Shown in pieces: positions 20,078 to 28,981 of a stretch of 45,165 bases of DNA. The notes under the pieces are model-generated. The model did not search any database. It had not been told where the DNA came from and saw only the letters and a program-made list of their open reading frames with translations. The DNA lies in the NCBI GenBank assembly GCA_030153785.1, contig JASKLF010000012.1, positions 1 to 45,165 of the forward strand. Direction: 5' to 3'. This DNA comes from a bacterium (GTDB lineage: Bacteria > Synergistota > GBS-1). The position numbers were made by a program, and so were the translations under genes. Position 1 is the first letter of the stretch; each line of letters starts with the position of its first letter.

Positions 20078-21625
20078 ATGAAACTTGTTACTGCCGATGA
20101 AATGCGAAATGTGGATAAATATGCAATTGAAAAGCTTGGTATACCGGGCATTGTGTTAATGGAAAATGCGGGGCTTAGAACTGTTATCGGTATGCGAGAG
20201 GTTATTCCAGATCTTTTAAGCAAGAAAATTCTAATCGTTGCGGGAAAAGGAAATAATGCAGGAGACGGTTTTGTTGTAGCGAGGCATCTATTTAACCTTG
20301 GGGGAGAAGTAAAAGTCGCTTTGTGTTCCCCTTCATCCGAGATAAAGGGCGATGCTCAAGTTAACCTTGAAATAATAAAAAAGATTGGGTTGGATATTTT
20401 TGAAATAGAAAGTATTGGCGAGCTTCACATGCTTTTGGAGTGGAGCGATGTGGTTGTGGATGCTCTTTTGGGCACGGGAATAAAAGGAGAGGTGAAGGGG
20501 TTTTTTGCAGATGTTATAAGAGAAATTAATGATGCTGGCAAACCTGTAGTTGCCATAGATTTGCCTTCCGGCTTGGAAGCTTCGACGGGTAAAGTTTATG
20601 GCCCTTGCGTCAAGGCAAATTGGACATTTACCATGTGCCTTCCTAAATTGGGGCTCTGGCTTTACCCGGGTTCTTACTACACAGGACAAATATTCGTGGT
20701 CGATATAAGTATTCCTTCGTGGGTTTGGGAAAGCGAGTTTGATATAAGACGTAGTCTGTTAACGATGCCTTATGTAAGAGAGATTTTACCTCTTAGGAGG
20801 GATCTCCAATCTCACAAGGGCAACTTTGGGAGAGTTCTTGTTATAGCAGGCTCTCGTGGTTTTACAGGCGCGGCTACGCTTACTTCTTTAGGAGCATTAA
20901 GGATAGGGGCAGGACTGGTTTACTTAGCGGTGCCTGAAAGCTTAAATGATATACTTGAAGTAAAACTCACAGAGGTAATAACTATACCTGTGTCTGACAG
21001 CGATGGAGCTTTTGATATAAAATCACTCTTAGACCTTAAGGAGCATATAGAAAGGTGCGATGTGGTAATTTTAGGGCCTGGTATAGGGACTTCACTTCCC
21101 ACAAAGCTTTTTGTGCATAGTTTGTTAGAAGAACTTGAAAAACCCATAGTTATAGATGCCGATGGTTTAAACTGTCTGGTTGGTAGCGAAGATTTGCTCA
21201 AAAGATATAAAGGGGAAGCCGTTATAACACCACACCCTGGAGAGATGGCTCGTTTGATAGGTAAAAGCACTTCTTATGTTCAGGAAAATAGGCTTGATGT
21301 TGCGGAAAAGTTCTCTTCAGAGACTGGTGTGATAGTAGTCTTGAAAGGAGCAAGAACCATCATCTCGTCCCCTGATGGTAGAACCTACATTAATCCTACT
21401 GGGAATCCTGGAATGGCCACGGGCGGGACAGGTGATGTTCTAACGGGTATGATTGGAGGATTGATAGCTCAAGGATTAACTCCCCTTGAGGCAAGCTGTG
21501 CAGGTGTGTTCCTTCATGGTTTAACAGGCGACATAGTGGCATCGAAAAAAGGAGAGCTTCCTTTAATAGCTTCAGATTTACTTGATTTTTTGCCAGAAGC
21601 CCTTAAAGAGGTGGGTTCTATTTGA
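20078..21625 (+). CDS. nnr: Bifunctional NAD(P)H-hydrate epimerase/dehydratase
   Basis: LMENAG, GKGNNAGDG, DALLGTG, DLPSG; HKG.FG, IDADGL, TPHPGE, ATGGTGDVL. Confidence 0.95.
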   Translation: MKLVTADEMRNVDKYAIEKLGIPGIVLMENAGLRTVIGMREVIPDLLSKKILIVAGKGNNAGDGFVVARHLFNLGGEVKVALCSPSSEIKGDAQVNLEIIKKIGLDIFEIESIGELHMLLEWSDVVVDALLGTGIKGEVKGFFADVIREINDAGKPVVAIDLPSGLEASTGKVYGPCVKANWTFTMCLPKLGLWLYPGSYYTGQIFVVDISIPSWVWESEFDIRRSLLTMPYVREILPLRRDLQSHKGNFGRVLVIAGSRGFTGAATLTSLGALRIGAGLVYLAVPESLNDILEVKLTEVITIPVSDSDGAFDIKSLLDLKEHIERCDVVILGPGIGTSLPTKLFVHSLLEELEKPIVIDADGLNCLVGSEDLLKRYKGEAVITPHPGEMARLIGKSTSYVQENRLDVAEKFSSETGVIVVLKGARTIISSPDGRTYINPTGNPGMATGGTGDVLTGMIGGLIAQGLTPLEASCAGVFLHGLTGDIVASKKGELPLIASDLLDFLPEALKEVGSI

Positions 21626-21858
21626 GAGACGAAAAAAGGAAGGCCCGCTTGGAAGAGGAGCGGGAGAGACTAAATAGAATATATCGTAGAAATGTAAAAC
21701 TTTATATTATGACTTTGGTGTTTGTAACCTTCGTCTTGCTTTTAGCTAAGAGACTGAACCCAAATGTTGATATAGCCAATCCTCTAAAGGTTTTACTGGC
21801 TCTTATGGGAGGATGGGTGATGGTTTTATTCCTATCTTTTCTCAGGAGGAGAAGGTGA
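21622..21858 (+). CDS. Small 2-TM hypothetical membrane protein
   Basis: Overlaps the nnr stop and tsaE start (translational coupling); charged N-terminus and two hydrophobic segments. Confidence 0.6.
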   Translation: MRDEKRKARLEEERERLNRIYRRNVKLYIMTLVFVTFVLLLAKRLNPNVDIANPLKVLLALMGGWVMVLFLSFLRRRR

Positions 21859-22334
21859 GAATACGCACTTTTTCAGAATTCGAAACAGAAAGGCTTGGCA
21901 GAATCATGGCGTCCTGTTTCAATGGAGATGAAATAGTTTTTCTTATCGGTGATTTGGGAGTTGGTAAAACCGTTCTAACAAGGGGAATAGCAAGGGGCCT
22001 TGGCATCAAAGAAAACATACGGAGCTCAAGCTTCATCTTGATAAGCCAATATAAGGGAGAAGATACCATGCTTTATCATGTTGACTTATACAGATTAAGT
22101 GCGGATGAGGTTTTCGATCTTGGATTAGAAGAGTTAATAGGAGAAGGGGTAGTGGTGATTGAATGGGCCGATAGAATTTCTGACACTTTTCCTCCTTCAG
22201 TAGTCGTTAGAATTGAACTAGATGAAGGCAATAATAGAATCGTAGAAATTACGGGCAAAACGGAATTTTTGGACTGTATAAGGAAGGAGATAGAAAGGGA
22301 TGCTTATTTTGGCGATAGACACTTCATGTTTTAG
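21855..22334 (+). CDS. tsaE: t6A biosynthesis ATPase TsaE
   Basis: GDLGVGKT Walker A, YHVDLYRL, IEWA; GTG start at 21855. Confidence 0.93.
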   Translation: MRIRTFSEFETERLGRIMASCFNGDEIVFLIGDLGVGKTVLTRGIARGLGIKENIRSSSFILISQYKGEDTMLYHVDLYRLSADEVFDLGLEELIGEGVVVIEWADRISDTFPPSVVVRIELDEGNNRIVEITGKTEFLDCIRKEIERDAYFGDRHFMF

Positions 22335-22893
22335 GGGTGGCGTTGGTCTATTCGAGGAAAACCTCCCCATCTTTTACCTTCCCTTTCCCGAGGAAAGAAA
22401 GCATGTTGTTTATCTTCCCATTTTAATTCAGCGTGTTTTAGAGGAATCTAAAAGAGAATTGAAGGACATAGATCTTATCGCAGTAGCTTTAGGGCCGGGC
22501 TCATTTACAGGTCTCAGGGTAGGAATCTCTGTGGGCAAGGTGATGGCTTATTCCCTTTCTAAACCCATTAAGGGTGTTCCTTCCTTGGATGCGCTTGCAT
22601 CGAATTTTACAGGTCTAAGAGTAATCCCTACAGTCAGGGTTAGAAAGAGACAATATATAGGAGCGATGTTCAAGGGAGGAATTCCACCAAGCAAGCTGAC
22701 TAATGAAGTTGTGAAAGACCTTAGTGATTTTAGACAAGAAGATGTTCTTGTTGTAGATGAGTCTTGGAGTAATTATAACTTTTTGATGCTGAAAGGGATA
22801 GTAGTTATGGCAAAGTTTCTATTTGATAAAGAAGGAAGCGATGACCCTCTCAAAATCTCTCCTCTCTACTTAAGGGGAGGCCAGCCATGTTGA
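22300..22893 (+). CDS. tsaB: t6A biosynthesis protein TsaB
   Basis: ILAIDTS, GPGSFTGLRVG, C-terminal PLYLR. Confidence 0.92.
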   Translation: MLILAIDTSCFRGGVGLFEENLPIFYLPFPEERKHVVYLPILIQRVLEESKRELKDIDLIAVALGPGSFTGLRVGISVGKVMAYSLSKPIKGVPSLDALASNFTGLRVIPTVRVRKRQYIGAMFKGGIPPSKLTNEVVKDLSDFRQEDVLVVDESWSNYNFLMLKGIVVMAKFLFDKEGSDDPLKISPLYLRGGQPC

Positions 22894-23885
22894 ACAAGAC
22901 ATTGATTAAGTTCTTTCTCCTGTATGCTTTTTTATTGGTGCTTGTTGTTCTCTTTTTCCCCTTCGTTTTTGGAACCTTTTTGACTACTTTTTCCATTGTT
23001 ATCTTTCTTGAACCTTTTTCTGTTTTCCTATGCAGGAAATTGAATTTTAATAAGAATTTGTCAAATGGTATAGTTCTGCTCTTCTTTTTTTCCTCTCTAA
23101 CCTTACTTCTCATATTTTTGATTCCATCCCTTGTAAAAGAGGCGGCAACCTTTTATGAGATGGCAGCAAAGTTTTTCGAGAAAAAGGAATGGGAAAAATT
23201 GCTTCCGTATACCATTAGTGTTAGATTAACCCAGCTTTTTGACATATTTGAGCCTCGACTACTAAGGGTCCTCGAGAGCGTCATTTCCACCGTGACCAAA
23301 ATAACTCCCCAATTGTTTACCTTTCTTTTTTATGTAATTTTAGGGTCTATTTACCTTATGTATCACTTTAAGAGCATAAGAAAGGCGGTGCCTTATGCAT
23401 TTCCCAGGAGCTGTCGAAGGGAAGCTGCTTTATTTTTACGAGATGTTTACGTTCAATTAAGACAATATATATTCTCTATCTCTGTGGTTGCATTGTTTGT
23501 GGCTGTCTCCTTAGGACTACTCCTATGGTATTTGGGTTCAAAATATGTTATTCTTTTAAGTTTTTGGGCCTTCGTGACTAACTACATTCCCATCGTTGGT
23601 GTTTTTTTAGAGCTAATACCGCTGTTTTTAATGACTTTCTCTCTTGGATTAAAGGCAAGCATGATTTTAGGAGTGGGTGTAGTTATAGTCCATGCGTTAG
23701 CCTTTCTTTTGTTCTTAAAGCTTATGGGAGGATATATAAGAATAAACCCGGTTGCAATAATATTTCTAATCATGTTATTTAGTTCGGCTTTAGGAGTTTT
23801 AGGAGCTTTGATAGCAGTTCCCTTTGGCATAGTTGTAAAAATATTCTGGATGAGATTTTTGTCTCCCGCCCTAAATACAAGATAG
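22887..23885 (+). CDS. AI-2E family transporter
   Basis: Multi-TM protein, NYIPIVG, INPV.I, G.LGALIAVP motifs. Confidence 0.85.
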   Translation: MLNKTLIKFFLLYAFLLVLVVLFFPFVFGTFLTTFSIVIFLEPFSVFLCRKLNFNKNLSNGIVLLFFFSSLTLLLIFLIPSLVKEAATFYEMAAKFFEKKEWEKLLPYTISVRLTQLFDIFEPRLLRVLESVISTVTKITPQLFTFLFYVILGSIYLMYHFKSIRKAVPYAFPRSCRREAALFLRDVYVQLRQYIFSISVVALFVAVSLGLLLWYLGSKYVILLSFWAFVTNYIPIVGVFLELIPLFLMTFSLGLKASMILGVGVVIVHALAFLLFLKLMGGYIRINPVAIIFLIMLFSSALGVLGALIAVPFGIVVKIFWMRFLSPALNTR

Positions 23886-23893
23886 ACAAATAG

Positions 23894-23922
23894 TTGCTTT
23901 ATACCTTTAACTTTGATAAAAT
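23894..23922 (+). promoter_or_regulatory. Putative sigma70 promoter of the tungsten oxidoreductase operon
   Basis: TTGCTT, 17 bp, TG-n-TAAAAT. Confidence 0.6.
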
Positions 23923-23963
23923 GTTACATGGAAAAGAAATAAATAGAGTGGGGGGGAAATTAC

Positions 23964-24353
23964 ATGGCAAAGCACTTAGCAGCAAAGTCAGAATTATGTA
24001 GCGGATGTAAGGCCTGTCAGCTGATTTGCGCTTTGGTCCACTTTAAAGAAAACAACCCTAAAAAAGGAGCTCTACTCATTAAATCTAACTTGCCGGAGCC
24101 TGGCTTTGAAGTAAAAACGTGTATACAATGTGGGGTCTGTGCAAGCGTTTGTCCCGTTGAAGCCATATATCAGGAAGACGGAATTTATAAGATAGACAGG
24201 GAAAAATGTATTGGATGTTACACATGTGTTAGTGCTTGCCCTGAAGAGGTAATGATAAAGCATCCTGAAGAAACTGTTCCTATAAAGTGCGATTTGTGTG
24301 GAGAATGCATAGGATATTGTGGACTTAATGTCCTTTATGTAGCTCAGGATTAA
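23964..24353 (+). CDS. 4x[4Fe-4S] polyferredoxin, small subunit of the W-oxidoreductase
   Basis: Four Cys clusters (CSGCKACQLIC, CIQCGVCASVCP, CIGCYTCVSACP, CDLCGECIGYC); directly upstream of AOR. Confidence 0.88.
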   Translation: MAKHLAAKSELCSGCKACQLICALVHFKENNPKKGALLIKSNLPEPGFEVKTCIQCGVCASVCPVEAIYQEDGIYKIDREKCIGCYTCVSACPEEVMIKHPEETVPIKCDLCGECIGYCGLNVLYVAQD

Positions 24354-24369
24354 GAAGGGGGGAACCCTG

Positions 24370-26202
24370 ATGACGGTAGGAGGATATATGAACAAGGTTT
24401 TGAGGATTGATCTTTCGAAGAAGGAAATAAGAACCGAGCCACTCAATTTAGACATGGCAAGAAAATTTCTTGGGGGAAGAGGCTTTGCTTCTTATGTTCT
24501 TTATAGAGAACTCAAGAAAGGGATAGACCCTCTTGGTCCGGAAAATAAACTTGTTATGGCGTCGGGACCCTTAGCAGGGCTATTTAATCCCTGTGGGAGT
24601 AAAATCACCTTTGCAGCTAAGTCCCCCTTAACTGGCATTTATGGAGATAGCAATATGGGAGGCCATTTGGCATCGGAGCTTAAGTATGCGGGTTATGACA
24701 TGGTCATATTTGAAGGGGCGTCGGATAAGCCTGTCTACATACTCATAGATGATGACAAAGTGGAAATAAGAGATGCTTCTCATCTTTGGGGTAAGGGAAC
24801 TATTGAAACGGAGAAAGCACTTAAAGATGAATTAGGAGAGGACTTTCAAATAGCTGTTATTGGCCCGGCTGGTGAGAATTTGGTTAAGGTCGCCATAATA
24901 AGACACGACTTCGGTAGAGAATCGGCAAGAACAGGTGTCGGAGCCGTGATGGGCTCTAAGAAGATAAAAGCTATCGCTGTCCGTGGCACGAAAAGCATAC
25001 CTGTTGCTGACTTTGACAGGTATTTCGAAATCGGGAAAGAAATGTTTAAAAAACTCATGTCAAGCCCCATATTCCCGGAATTTCAAAGATATGGAACTTC
25101 AATGGTTGTGGATTGGGTTAACCAAGTGGGAGCTTTTCCAACGAAAAACTTCCTCACGGGGTATCACGAAAATTATAAAGAAATGAACGGAGAAGCTATG
25201 AGAACAAGAGTAGTTGTCCATGATAAGGCTTGTGGTTTCTGTCCTATAGCATGTGGTAGCTATTCCTGTGTGGAGTACAAGGGCAAAAAATATTATGTAG
25301 AAGGACCAGAATATGAGACCATAGGCATGATTGGTGGGGACTGTGTAATGCCCTCCATATACGAGGTTACCTATGGTAACTATGTTTGTGATAATCTTGG
25401 CTTGGATACCATTTCTACGGGTGGAATAGTGGCTTTTGCAATGGAATGTTACGAAAAAGGGATAATAACAAAGGAAGATACCGATGGGCTGGAGCTAAAA
25501 TGGGGAGACATAGAAGCCTTTGCAAAGCTTGCAGAGATGATAGCCTATAGAAAGGGCATAGGAAATATACTTGCGGAGGGAACAAAAAGGGCAGCTGAGC
25601 ATTTTGGAAAAGATACCATGAAGTTTGCCATGCAGGTCAAGGGAATGGAGATAAGCGCTTATGAATCCCATTGGGCTCCAGCGATGCTTCTTGCTTATGC
25701 TACTTGTGATATAGGAGCGCATCACAATAGAGCATGGGCTATAACTTATGATATTGAAGTGGGAAGAGAAAAGATAACCAAGGATAAAGCTGAAAGAGTG
25801 GTTTTCCTCCAGCACGCGAGACCCATGTTTGATGCCCTTGGCGTTTGTAGACTGACTTGGGTAGAATGTGGCTTGGATCTGGAATATTATGCTAAAATTT
25901 ATAGCGCAATAACTGGTTGGGAAACGACGTTGGAAGACCTTCTCAAAGCTGCCGAGAGAGCTTGGAATCAAAATAGACTCTTTGCTATAAGGGAAATACC
26001 TGATTTTGGAAGAAAATACGATTATCCACCTGCAAGATGGATGGAAGAACCTGCTATAAGCGGACCAACGCAAGGCAAGTTTATTCCTAAAGAGGATGTA
26101 GATAAACTCCTTGACTTCTATTATGAAGTCAGGGGTTGGGATAAAGATGGAAGACCAACTCCTGAAAAAATAAAGGAATTAGAATTGGAGGTGATTGAGT
26201 AA
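24370..26202 (+). CDS. aor: Tungsten-containing aldehyde:ferredoxin oxidoreductase family (AOR/WOR) large subunit
   Basis: LGGRG, KSPLTG...SN.GG, IGPAGEN, G.GAVMGSK..KA, C..CPI.C, EGPEYET, GLDTIS.G, YY..RGWD..G.P. Confidence 0.95.
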   Translation: MTVGGYMNKVLRIDLSKKEIRTEPLNLDMARKFLGGRGFASYVLYRELKKGIDPLGPENKLVMASGPLAGLFNPCGSKITFAAKSPLTGIYGDSNMGGHLASELKYAGYDMVIFEGASDKPVYILIDDDKVEIRDASHLWGKGTIETEKALKDELGEDFQIAVIGPAGENLVKVAIIRHDFGRESARTGVGAVMGSKKIKAIAVRGTKSIPVADFDRYFEIGKEMFKKLMSSPIFPEFQRYGTSMVVDWVNQVGAFPTKNFLTGYHENYKEMNGEAMRTRVVVHDKACGFCPIACGSYSCVEYKGKKYYVEGPEYETIGMIGGDCVMPSIYEVTYGNYVCDNLGLDTISTGGIVAFAMECYEKGIITKEDTDGLELKWGDIEAFAKLAEMIAYRKGIGNILAEGTKRAAEHFGKDTMKFAMQVKGMEISAYESHWAPAMLLAYATCDIGAHHNRAWAITYDIEVGREKITKDKAERVVFLQHARPMFDALGVCRLTWVECGLDLEYYAKIYSAITGWETTLEDLLKAAERAWNQNRLFAIREIPDFGRKYDYPPARWMEEPAISGPTQGKFIPKEDVDKLLDFYYEVRGWDKDGRPTPEKIKELELEVIE

Positions 26203-26232
26203 AGGGAGGTTCAAAGCCTCCCTTTACTTTTA
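26198..26232 (+). terminator. Hairpin/intrinsic terminator after aor
   Basis: AGTAAAGGGAGG-TTCAAAG-CCTCCCTTTACT followed by TTT. Confidence 0.7.
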
Positions 26233-26236
26233 TAGG

Positions 26237-26464
26237 ATGGCGGTAAAAGTAAAAACAGGTGGGCTTCTATTAAAAAAGTATATCCCAGAGGTAAGCTATG
26301 TAGAAATAGAGGGTTCTATTACTGTAAAAGAGCTTCTTGCGAAACTCGGTGTGCCTGAAGAATTAGTAGCAGGCATAGTGGTGGATGGAAAGGTAGTAGA
26401 CAAGTCTCAGATAATAGAAGATGGCCAAGAAGTTGCTCTTATGGCTCCTATCGCTGGTGGGTAA
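26237..26464 (+). CDS. MoaD/ThiS-family sulfur carrier
   Basis: About 75 aa beta-grasp protein ending in PIAGG; ATG 26237. Confidence 0.88.
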   Translation: MAVKVKTGGLLLKKYIPEVSYVEIEGSITVKELLAKLGVPEELVAGIVVDGKVVDKSQIIEDGQEVALMAPIAGG

Positions 26465-26466
26465 AG

Positions 26467-27615
26467 GTGTTTGAAAAGGTAGCAGATGTAGTTATAATTG
26501 GTGGGGGAATTCACGGTTGTTCTTTGGCTTACCATCTTGCTAAAAAGGGATGCAAAAATGTTGTATTATTGGGGCAAAAGTTTTTAACCTATGGAGGTAC
26601 AGGAAGGTCTGGTGGAGGTGTAAGGCATCAGTTTGGGACTGAAATAAATTGCATATTGGCTAAATATAATGTTGAGAGTTTTAAGAAACTTTCAGAGGAG
26701 CTTGATTATCCTAAGGGAATAGAATTTGAGCAAGGAGGATACCTTTGGATTGCTTATACGGAAAGGCAGTTTAGACAGCTTGAGAAGAATGTGAACTTAC
26801 AAAATAAGTTGGGAATACCATCTAAAATGCTTTCTCCAGAGGAAATTAAGGATGCTTTTCCTTATCTTAACATAGAAGGGATTATAGGTGGGAGTTTTTG
26901 CGAGGAAGATGGACACATAAATCCCTTTCACGCTACTATGGCCTATGCCGAAGCTGCTAAAAGGCTTGGAGTTACGATACGCATATACACCAAAGCAATT
27001 GGTATCAAAGTAAAAGGAGATAAAGTTACAGGAGTTCAAACGGAGAAGGATTTTATATCCACTCCCATCGTTGTAAATTGTGCAGGTCCATGGGGAAAGG
27101 AAATCGCTTCTTGGGTTGGAATAGACCTTCCCCTATACCCAGAAAGGCATCAGATTTTGGTTACCGAGCCGGTGGATAGGGTATTAAAAGCGTTAATTCT
27201 GTGCCTGGATGACGGTTCTTATTGGAAACAGACTCCGATGGGGAATTTCATGCTTGGTATTGGTAACCCGTTGGAGGTAAGAGCTTTAAATATGAACTCA
27301 TCTTGGAGCTTTCTTGAAGAGGCTGCTAGAAAGGTAGTTAGAAAAATGCCATTGCTTTCGGGAGTTAGAGTTATAAGGCAGTGGGCTGGGATTTACGATA
27401 TCACTCCAGATTCTCAAGCAATCTTAGGTCCCACTCCTATAGGGGGTTTTTATCTTAATCTTGGCTGGAGTGGACATGGCCTTCAGTTCGCTCCATCTAT
27501 AGGAAGAGCCTTAGCCGAGCTAATTCTCGGAGAAGCTCCTTTCATAGATATCTCCCCCTTCTTCTTTGAGAGATTCGAGAAAGGCAAACTGATTCCTGAG
27601 CCCGCTTGCATATGA
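26467..27615 (+). CDS. FAD-dependent oxidoreductase, DAO family (proline dehydrogenase PdhB / sarcosine oxidase beta-like)
   Basis: IIGGGIHG, TGRSGGG.R.QF, VVNCAGPW, RQWAG.YD.TPD, G.SGHG...AP. Confidence 0.85.
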   Translation: MFEKVADVVIIGGGIHGCSLAYHLAKKGCKNVVLLGQKFLTYGGTGRSGGGVRHQFGTEINCILAKYNVESFKKLSEELDYPKGIEFEQGGYLWIAYTERQFRQLEKNVNLQNKLGIPSKMLSPEEIKDAFPYLNIEGIIGGSFCEEDGHINPFHATMAYAEAAKRLGVTIRIYTKAIGIKVKGDKVTGVQTEKDFISTPIVVNCAGPWGKEIASWVGIDLPLYPERHQILVTEPVDRVLKALILCLDDGSYWKQTPMGNFMLGIGNPLEVRALNMNSSWSFLEEAARKVVRKMPLLSGVRVIRQWAGIYDITPDSQAILGPTPIGGFYLNLGWSGHGLQFAPSIGRALAELILGEAPFIDISPFFFERFEKGKLIPEPACI

Positions 27616-27622
27616 GGAGGTA

Positions 27623-28606
27623 TTGGAATTGCTTGTAATAGGCAGGGAAGATGTTCAAAAAGCCATAACGATGCGAGATGCCATTGAAGCTATTAAAAGA
27701 GGATTTATCCTCTTTTCTCAAAGAAAGGCTGTCGTTCCCTTGAGGGTCCCAATTAAGTTGAGAGAGAATACGATTCTTTTTATGCCTGGTGCATTGCTCG
27801 AGGACAAAAGTGTGGGAGTTAAGGCTGTTTCAGTTTGTCCCGGTAATCCAGAGAGGGGTCTACCTTTGATAAATGCTGTTGTTCTTCTCATCGACGGTGA
27901 AACGGGAAGACCACAAGCACTAATAGATGGAAACATTATTACTACTATAAGGACCGGTGCTGCCGGTGGTGCTGCAGCGGAAATCTTAGCAAGGCGAGAT
28001 TCTAAAATTGCTCTAATAATAGGTGCTGGTGTCCAGGGAAGAATTCAGCTTGAAGCTTTGAAAACGGTGAGAGACATAGAACTTGCATATGTTTATGATA
28101 TTAACGATCGAAAGGCAGAAAAATATGCAAGCGAAATGGCTGAAAGATTAAACACTGAAGTAAAAGCTGTTAAAGATTATGAAAAAATTATTTCTGAAGC
28201 TGACATAATAGTTACCGCTACAACTTCCAAGGATCCTGTGCTAAAAGGGAATCTTCTTAAGAAGGGAGCTCACATTAACGCTATAGGCTCTTATACTCCG
28301 GAAATGAAGGAGCTGGATGTGGATACCTTCAGTAGAGCATCGATGATAGCTGTGGATTCTAAAGATGCAGTTCTTGAGGAAGCGGGAGAGATAATAGAAG
28401 CTTTAAGAAGAGGTATTATAAGAGAGGATGCCCTGATAGAGCTTGGTGAAATTTTATCCAATACTGAGCTGGGTAGAAAAGATGAAAGTGAAATAACCGT
28501 GTTTAAAACGGTAGGTATAGCTGTAGAAGATATTGTAGTTGGAAAACTTGTATACGAAAGAGCCTTAGAAAAGGGGATAGGCGTGGAAGTGAAAAACTTT
28601 TTGTAA
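27623..28606 (+). CDS. Ornithine cyclodeaminase/mu-crystallin family protein
   Basis: MPG, GVKAVS, T..RTGAAG, IIGAG.QG, HINAIGS, FKTVGIA.ED. Confidence 0.9.
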   Translation: MELLVIGREDVQKAITMRDAIEAIKRGFILFSQRKAVVPLRVPIKLRENTILFMPGALLEDKSVGVKAVSVCPGNPERGLPLINAVVLLIDGETGRPQALIDGNIITTIRTGAAGGAAAEILARRDSKIALIIGAGVQGRIQLEALKTVRDIELAYVYDINDRKAEKYASEMAERLNTEVKAVKDYEKIISEADIIVTATTSKDPVLKGNLLKKGAHINAIGSYTPEMKELDVDTFSRASMIAVDSKDAVLEEAGEIIEALRRGIIREDALIELGEILSNTELGRKDESEITVFKTVGIAVEDIVVGKLVYERALEKGIGVEVKNFL

Positions 28607-28639
28607 TGCCATTAAAGTAAAAGATAGGGGTGAAGAAAA

Positions 28640-28981
28640 TTGACTTTATCCGAAATTAAAGACATACTAGAAGCAAAAGTTTATGCCTGTGAGGACCTCC
28701 TTGATGTTAATGTTGAGTTTGGTTGCGCTGGCGATATGATTAGCGATATTTTGGCTTTTGCCAAGCCGTGTTCCGTTCTTTTAACGGGCATGATTACTCC
28801 ACAGATAATAAAGGCGGCCAAAATATTGGATTTAGCGGGAATAGTTATTGTGAGGGGTAAGGAACCTCTTCCAGAAACTGTAGAAAGAGCACGTGAGGAA
28901 AGAATCCCACTTTTGGGAACTAAGTTTTTCCTGTTTAACGCTTGTGGAAAACTTTACGAGCGAGGATTAAGAGGAATATGA
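28640..28981 (+). CDS. DRTGG-domain protein
   Basis: AGDMISDILA, LLTG, IVIVRGK.P, ACG.LY..G family motifs. Confidence 0.8.
   Translation: MTLSEIKDILEAKVYACEDLLDVNVEFGCAGDMISDILAFAKPCSVLLTGMITPQIIKAAKILDLAGIVIVRGKEPLPETVERAREERIPLLGTKFFLFNACGKLYERGLRGI

Noticed and set aside
23913..23930. Rex-like operator TTGATAAAATGTTACATG at the aor promoter
   Set aside because: Poor dyad symmetry; explained by the -10 element and AT-richness.
25495..26073. 192-aa antisense ORF inside aor, plus the many other short antisense/overlapping ORFs in the track
   Set aside because: Shadow ORFs of well-supported genes, with S/F/I-rich composition and no motifs.
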